DNA of 64,000 nucleotides from Halodesulfurarchaeum sp. (GTDB taxonomy: Archaea; Halobacteriota; Halobacteria; Halobacteriales; Halobacteriaceae), in NCBI GenBank assembly GCA_042216015.1, contig JBDGUI010000015.1, forward strand, positions 1 through 64,000. The letters are read 5' to 3'. Shown piece after piece: positions 58,946-64,000 of the stretch; the stretch's first letter is position 1, and every line of letters begins with the position of its first letter. The position numbers and the translations under genes were made by a program. The notes beneath the pieces were generated by a model that worked only from the letters and a program-made list of their open reading frames with translations, did not search any database and was not told where the DNA came from.

Positions 58946-59052
58946 GGACGGCGGAATTTGCACATCACGACACGACTAAAACGGGCCGACTACTCAGAAC
59001 GCTACATGGAAGACGCTACCGTCGCCACCCGCCACGGGGACGGTGGGTGTTC

Positions 59053-60093
59053 ATGATCACGCCCACCGCAGCCGTCGTCGGGGCGAGTGGCTTCGCCGGC
59101 GGGGAGTTGTTGCGCCTCCTCGACGGCCATCCGAATCTCGCCCTGGTCGCGGCCACGAGTCGGCAGTTTACCAACCGCACCGTCGGATCGGTTCATCCGA
59201 ATCTCCGGCACCTGGACCTCCGGTTTTCGGACCCCGGCGAACTCGAACCGGTCGACGTGCTGTTCACCGCGACGCCCCACGGTGTCTCGATGGAGCGGAT
59301 CGAGGAGTTTCGAACCGTCGCTGACACCGTCGTCGACCTCAGTGCAGACTTCCGCCTTTCGGACCCCGCGGAGTATGACACCTGGTACGACGGACACGTC
59401 GCCCCCGAACTCCTCGAGGAGTCGGTCTATGGCCTGCCCGAACTGGGGCGAGAGCGGCTCGAAGGCGCCTCGCTCATCGCGACCGGCGGCTGTAATGCGA
59501 CCGTCACGATCCTCGGCCTGTATCCGTTCGTCGAACACGGACTCATCGCCCCCGGGGATCGCGTCGTGGCCGACCTGAAGGTCGGCTCCTCGGAGGGCGG
59601 AGCGGGCGGCGGTCCCGCCTCCTCGCACCCCGAACGCTCGGGCGTCGTCAGACCCTATGCCCCGACGGGACACCGCCACGAGGCCGAAATCGAGGAGCAA
59701 CTCGACCGAGGAGTCTCCTTCACCGTCCACGCCGTCGACATGGTCCGCGGAGCGGCGGCAACCAGCCACCTGTATCCGGGTGAACTCCCCGAGAAGGCCG
59801 ACATCTGGAGGGCGATCCGCGAGACGTACGACGGGGAACCGTTCGTCAGGATCGTTACGGGGGGCGGTGGAATCTATCGATACCCCGAGCCCAAGGCCGT
59901 CGCGGGGACCAACAACGCAGAGATCGGCTTCGAGATCGACGAGCGGAACGACCGGATCGTCGTCTTCAGCGCCATCGACAACGTGATGAAGGGGGCTGCC
60001 GGACAGGCGGTCCACGCCGCGAACGTCGCACTCGGGTTCGAGGAGACCGCCGGGCTGGAATTCACGGGACTGCACCCGGTCGGTTCGCCATGA
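59053..60093 (+). CDS. argC: LysW-gamma-glutamyl-phosphate reductase (ArgC/LysY)
   Basis: VVGASGFAGGELLRLL, ATPHG, DLSADFRL, GCNAT, IDN..KG.AGQA. Confidence 0.93.
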   Translation: MITPTAAVVGASGFAGGELLRLLDGHPNLALVAATSRQFTNRTVGSVHPNLRHLDLRFSDPGELEPVDVLFTATPHGVSMERIEEFRTVADTVVDLSADFRLSDPAEYDTWYDGHVAPELLEESVYGLPELGRERLEGASLIATGGCNATVTILGLYPFVEHGLIAPGDRVVADLKVGSSEGGAGGGPASSHPERSGVVRPYAPTGHRHEAEIEEQLDRGVSFTVHAVDMVRGAAATSHLYPGELPEKADIWRAIRETYDGEPFVRIVTGGGGIYRYPEPKAVAGTNNAEIGFEIDERNDRIVVFSAIDNVMKGAAGQAVHAANVALGFEETAGLEFTGLHPVGSP

Positions 60094-60914
60094 CGGTCGT
60101 GGTGAAGATCGGCGGGGCCCGCGCAGTCGACCCCGGGGGAGCGCTGGCCGATGTCGCTGGACTCGTCGAACGCGGTGAATCAGTAGTCGTGGTCCATGGG
60201 GGCTCGACCGCGGTGGACGAGACCCTCGAGCGGCTGGGAATCGAACCGGAGTACGTCGAAACCCCGGCGGGCGTCGTTGGCCGATTCACCGACGCCGAGA
60301 CGATGGAGGTCTTCAAGATGGTGTTCGGGCGATTGAACCTCGACCTCGTCACCCAACTCCAGGACATCGGGGTGGATGCCGTGGGCCTCTCCGGCCCCGA
60401 CGGGCGGGTCCTCGAGGGGAAGCGGAAGTCCGCCGTCAGGGTTCTCGAGGACGGGAAGCGGAAGATCCGTCGCGGCGATCACTCGGGCACGATCGAGTCG
60501 GTGAACGACGAGTTGCTCGACCTGCTCCTCGAGGCCGGGCACATTCCGGTGGTCTCGGTTCCGATGTACGCCGAGGAGGGGACCGCCGTCAACAGCGACG
60601 CCGACCGGGCGGCGGCCGCCGTCGCCGGGGCACTCGAGGCGACCCTGGTCGAACTGACGGACGTGTCAGGGGTATATACGGACCCAGAGGATGCCGGGAC
60701 GCGGATCGAGTCGGTCGAGACGCCGGCGGAATTCGACGACCTGGAAGCGGCAGCGGAGGGATTCATGGGTCGAAAGGTGATGGCCGCGAGAGAGGCACTC
60801 GAGTCGGGCGCCGAACGGGTCGTGATCGGCGACGCCAACGCCGAGGAGCCGATCACGCGGGCCCTCGACGGTGACGCCACGACGGTCGAACCGGGGGCGG
60901 TCCGGGAGCCATGA
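60090..60914 (+). CDS. argB: LysW-glutamate kinase (ArgB/LysZ)
   Basis: VVKIGG, VHGGS, NSDADRAA, TDVSG, M..KV. Confidence 0.92.
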   Translation: MTVVVKIGGARAVDPGGALADVAGLVERGESVVVVHGGSTAVDETLERLGIEPEYVETPAGVVGRFTDAETMEVFKMVFGRLNLDLVTQLQDIGVDAVGLSGPDGRVLEGKRKSAVRVLEDGKRKIRRGDHSGTIESVNDELLDLLLEAGHIPVVSVPMYAEEGTAVNSDADRAAAAVAGALEATLVELTDVSGVYTDPEDAGTRIESVETPAEFDDLEAAAEGFMGRKVMAAREALESGAERVVIGDANAEEPITRALDGDATTVEPGAVREP

Positions 60915-62044
60915 CCGAGTTCGTCTTCTCCCCGAAGCCGATCCGGATCGAATCCGGAGATGGGGCCACCCTCCGTGCGGAGTCGGGCACGGAGTACCTC
61001 GACATGGGCGCGAGTTACGCCTGCACGCCGCTCGGACACTCCCATCCCGCAGTCGTCGAGGCGCTCACCGCCCAGGCCGAACAGTTGACCTACGTGCAGG
61101 GATCCTACCCCGTCCAGGTCCGCGAGGACCTCTATGACCTGCTCGCGGAGCTGGCACCGGATCCGATCGACCGGGCGTGGCTGAGCAACTCCGGGACCGA
61201 GGCCAACGAGGCCGCGATCAAGTTCGCTCGTCACGCGACGGGCCGCTCGAAGATCGTCGCCATGAAGAACGGCTTCCACGGCCGAACGCTTGGTTCGCTT
61301 GCTGCCACCTGGAAGCCGAAGTACCGCGAGGGGTTCGAACCCGTCGCCGGCGACTTCGAGTTCGTCGGCTACGACGACGAAACCGAACTCCGTGAGGCGG
61401 TCGATGGGGAGACCGCCGCCGTGATCCTCGAACCGATCCAGGGAGAGGGTGGGATCAACCCCGCCAGTGAATCGTTCCTGGCGGCCGCCCGAGAGGCGAC
61501 CGAATCCGTCGGGGCGGCCCTCATCTTCGACGAGATCCAGACCGGGATCGGCCGGACCGGAAGGATGTGGGCTGCCGACCAGTCCACGGTGACCCCGGAT
61601 ATCCTGACCGCAGCGAAGGGCATCGCCAACGGGCTCCCGCTCGGTGCGACGCTCGTCCGGGAGTGGATCGCGGAGGACGCGGGCAATCACGGCTCGACCT
61701 TCAGCGGCGGGCCGGCCATCGCGGCCGCCGGCAAGACCACCCTCGAAACGATACGGGATGAGGGGCTGCCGGCTCACGCCCGGTCACTGGGCGACCAGTT
61801 CCGTGCCGACCTCGAGGCCGAACTGGGCGATGCGGTCCGGGAGGTCCGGGGCGAGGGGCTCATGGTCGGCGTGCAGGTCAAGCGGGGTGCCAACCGGGTC
61901 GTCCGGGATCTCGCGATGGAGCATCGGATACTCGCGCTTCCGGCGGGCAGAACCGTGGTCCGGTTCTTGCCGCCCCTGATCGTCGAGGAGGCGGACGTGG
62001 AGCGGGCCGTCGATGCGCTGGGCGACGTGATCGGTGGGGGCTGA
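60911..62044 (+). CDS. argD: LysW-ornithine/acetylornithine aminotransferase (ArgD/LysJ)
   Basis: NSGTEANEAA.K, FHGRT, EPIQGEGG, DEIQTG.GRTG, AKG. Confidence 0.93.
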   Translation: MTEFVFSPKPIRIESGDGATLRAESGTEYLDMGASYACTPLGHSHPAVVEALTAQAEQLTYVQGSYPVQVREDLYDLLAELAPDPIDRAWLSNSGTEANEAAIKFARHATGRSKIVAMKNGFHGRTLGSLAATWKPKYREGFEPVAGDFEFVGYDDETELREAVDGETAAVILEPIQGEGGINPASESFLAAAREATESVGAALIFDEIQTGIGRTGRMWAADQSTVTPDILTAAKGIANGLPLGATLVREWIAEDAGNHGSTFSGGPAIAAAGKTTLETIRDEGLPAHARSLGDQFRADLEAELGDAVREVRGEGLMVGVQVKRGANRVVRDLAMEHRILALPAGRTVVRFLPPLIVEEADVERAVDALGDVIGGG

Positions 62045-62045
62045 T

Positions 62046-63065
62046 ATGTCCGAGACCTCGGCATCTGAGGCACGTTCGCTCCTCCGCGAGATCGTCCAGA
62101 CGCCCTCGGTCTCGGGGTCGGAGAACGAGTGTGCCGACCGGCTGGCCACCTTCTTCGACAACCACGACAGGGAGGTCTGGATCGACGACGTGGGAAACGT
62201 TCGGGCTCCGGCGGACGATTCCGTGCTGTTGACGTCCCACGTCGACACGGTACCCGGATCGGTCCCGGTCCGGGTCGAGGACGGCGTACTCTGGGGGCGG
62301 GGGAGCGTCGACGCGAAGGGGCCGCTCGTGGCGATGGCCGTGGCGGCGGTGCAGGCCGGAGTGAGCTTCGTCGGCGTCGTGGAGGAGGAAACGACCTCCC
62401 GTGGCGCGAGACACCTCGTCGAGCATCGGGACGAGCCCGACGCAGTCATCAATGGCGAACCGTCGGGCTGGGACGCAATCACCGTCGGCTACCGGGGGAT
62501 GCTTCGGGGTGAGTACACCGTCACCACGGAGGTCGGACACACCTCCCGGCCGGAACCGAATGCCATCCAGCGGGCGATCTCGTGGTGGCAGGCGGTCGAA
62601 GGGGAATTCGCGAGCGACACGGAATCGGTCTTCGAGCGGGTGACGCCGAAGCCGGTCTCCATAGAGGGGGGGACAAGCGCAGACGGGTTCGACTTCGAGG
62701 CCTGGGTTGACGCCCAGTTCCGGATTCCGCCGGCCGAAACCACCGATTCGATCGCGGAGACGGTGGAGGCACTGGGGGCGGGATCGATCGAGTGGACGGA
62801 CGCCATCGAACCGATCTTTGAGAATCCCCGAAACCGGGTCGCGACCGCCCTCCGCCAGGGAATCCGGCGGCTCGACGGCGATCCGAGCCACCTCCGAAAG
62901 ACCGGGACGAGTGACATGAACGTCTACGCCCAGTCCTGGGACGTCCCGATGGCGACCTATGGACCCGGCGATTCCGCACTCGATCACACGCCCGAGGAAC
63001 ACCTCGAGCTCGAGGCCTTCGACCGCGCCACCGACGTGTTGACCATCGCCGCACGGTCGCTCTGA
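62046..63065 (+). CDS. argE: LysW-ornithine hydrolase (ArgE/LysK, M20 peptidase)
   Basis: SHVDTVPG, GRGSVDAKG, EEE, GEPS, KTGTSDMN, YGPGDS.LDH. Confidence 0.9.
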   Translation: MSETSASEARSLLREIVQTPSVSGSENECADRLATFFDNHDREVWIDDVGNVRAPADDSVLLTSHVDTVPGSVPVRVEDGVLWGRGSVDAKGPLVAMAVAAVQAGVSFVGVVEEETTSRGARHLVEHRDEPDAVINGEPSGWDAITVGYRGMLRGEYTVTTEVGHTSRPEPNAIQRAISWWQAVEGEFASDTESVFERVTPKPVSIEGGTSADGFDFEAWVDAQFRIPPAETTDSIAETVEALGAGSIEWTDAIEPIFENPRNRVATALRQGIRRLDGDPSHLRKTGTSDMNVYAQSWDVPMATYGPGDSALDHTPEEHLELEAFDRATDVLTIAARSL

Positions 63066-63163
63066 GTCGCTGACCGAGTGGGCCAACCGGGGCCGACCGA
63101 TTCGCTGGCCAGGATCGGGGGAGACCAAAACGCTGATGCCCGTGTTTTCCCACTCCATGACTG

Positions 63164-64000
63164 ATGGAATTTCCGAGTACCCGAATCGAGAAACTCTGGA
63201 CGGCGGGTGTCGCAACGATCCTCGCGATTCTCGTCGGTGGGTCGGTCCTCTTTCCGAATCTGGTGTACGCACGCTTCATCTGGCAGTACTTCTGGGGACC
63301 GGTCGTCGCTGACGCCCACCACGCCACGGCGGCGGCCTGGAACGGCGGGAACCCGCTCTTCTTCGATTCGGTCGCTGCGGCGGCGGGGGCCCCGGGACCG
63401 ATCGCCCAGCCGGGCTATACCGTCGTCTCGGAGATCGGCTACGGCATCACGCTCCTGATCGCTCTCGGCGGGGTCGTCTTCCTCCTGAATCGGCTCGACT
63501 TCGAGGTAAAGGTCGGCCTCATCTATCCACTTTTCCCCTTCCTGCTCTTCGGCGGGGCTCTCCGGGTACTCGAGGACGCCCAGAACAGCCTCGCCGGTAG
63601 TGACTCGGCGCTGGTTCCCTTCCCCTGGAACGCACTCCTGATCAGTCCACTCATCTACTTCACCGTCTTCTTCATCACCCTGGGAACGCTCCTTCTCGCC
63701 CTCAGACTTCGGAAATCGGGCCACACCGAGTCGATCGAGTGGCCCATCGCCGTCGTGGGGAGCGGATTGCTCGGAGTGACCCTGGCCGCCATCGGCTGGC
63801 TCTCGGTGACCACCACCGAAGTGGAGTTTCACCCGAGTTTCACGGTCCTGACGATCGGGGGATCGGCTTTCATCGCCGCCGTCGGCTGGTGGGCGATCCG
63901 GCGATACGTTCCCGAAGTCGCCAGTGGAACCCCCGTCCTCGGTGGCCTGATCCTCTGGGCACACGCAGTCGATGGACTGGCGAACGTGCTGGCCATCGAC
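63164..64000 (+). CDS. DUF63 family membrane protein (partial, runs off window)
   Basis: MEFPST..FIWQYFWGPVVADAH..PGYT.VSEIGY..FGGALRVLED..ISPLIY. Confidence 0.75.
   Translation, partial: MEFPSTRIEKLWTAGVATILAILVGGSVLFPNLVYARFIWQYFWGPVVADAHHATAAAWNGGNPLFFDSVAAAAGAPGPIAQPGYTVVSEIGYGITLLIALGGVVFLLNRLDFEVKVGLIYPLFPFLLFGGALRVLEDAQNSLAGSDSALVPFPWNALLISPLIYFTVFFITLGTLLLALRLRKSGHTESIEWPIAVVGSGLLGVTLAAIGWLSVTTTEVEFHPSFTVLTIGGSAFIAAVGWWAIRRYVPEVASGTPVLGGLILWAHAVDGLANVLAID

Overview
GC-rich haloarchaeal (Halobacteria-type) DNA, judged from acidic proteins, Bat-type HTH-10 regulators, haloarchaeal tRNAs and LysW-type arg genes. It runs from the 3' end of a tRNA-Glu past a tRNA-Leu(CAA) and is dominated by anaerobic respiration. 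Contents in order: (i) a hicB-hicA toxin-antitoxin cassette at the tRNA-Glu 3' end; (ii) a cluster of small accessory genes (GG-less ubiquitin-like protein, AhbD/NirJ-like radical SAM, DUF59-like, DUF2249, hemerythrin-PAS, YwiC-like, COG1361+RND), nearly all with a CGAA-N4-TTCG-like palindrome about 30-40 nt upstream of the ATG; (iii) a NarO/DmsR-like regulator and a membrane-anchored NarX/McpN-type nitrate-sensor domain fused to PAS-GAF-HTH10; (iv) a complete Tat-exported nitrate reductase (pNar) operon with Rieske/cytochrome b; (v) a copper-export locus and a deletion scar; (vi) a CBS/CGL-like operon preceded by a Cys-tailed, internally repeated uORF; (vii) a membrane-bound group-1 [NiFe] hydrogenase with hyp genes; (viii) housekeeping genes, tRNA-Leu with downstream repeats, and argC-B-D-E. 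The best candidate for an undescribed system is a one-component transmembrane nitrate-sensing transcription factor that may feed a NarO-type cascade controlling the palindrome regulon. The putative cysteine-sensing leader peptide is second. Family assignments come from motif recognition only; no database searches were run.
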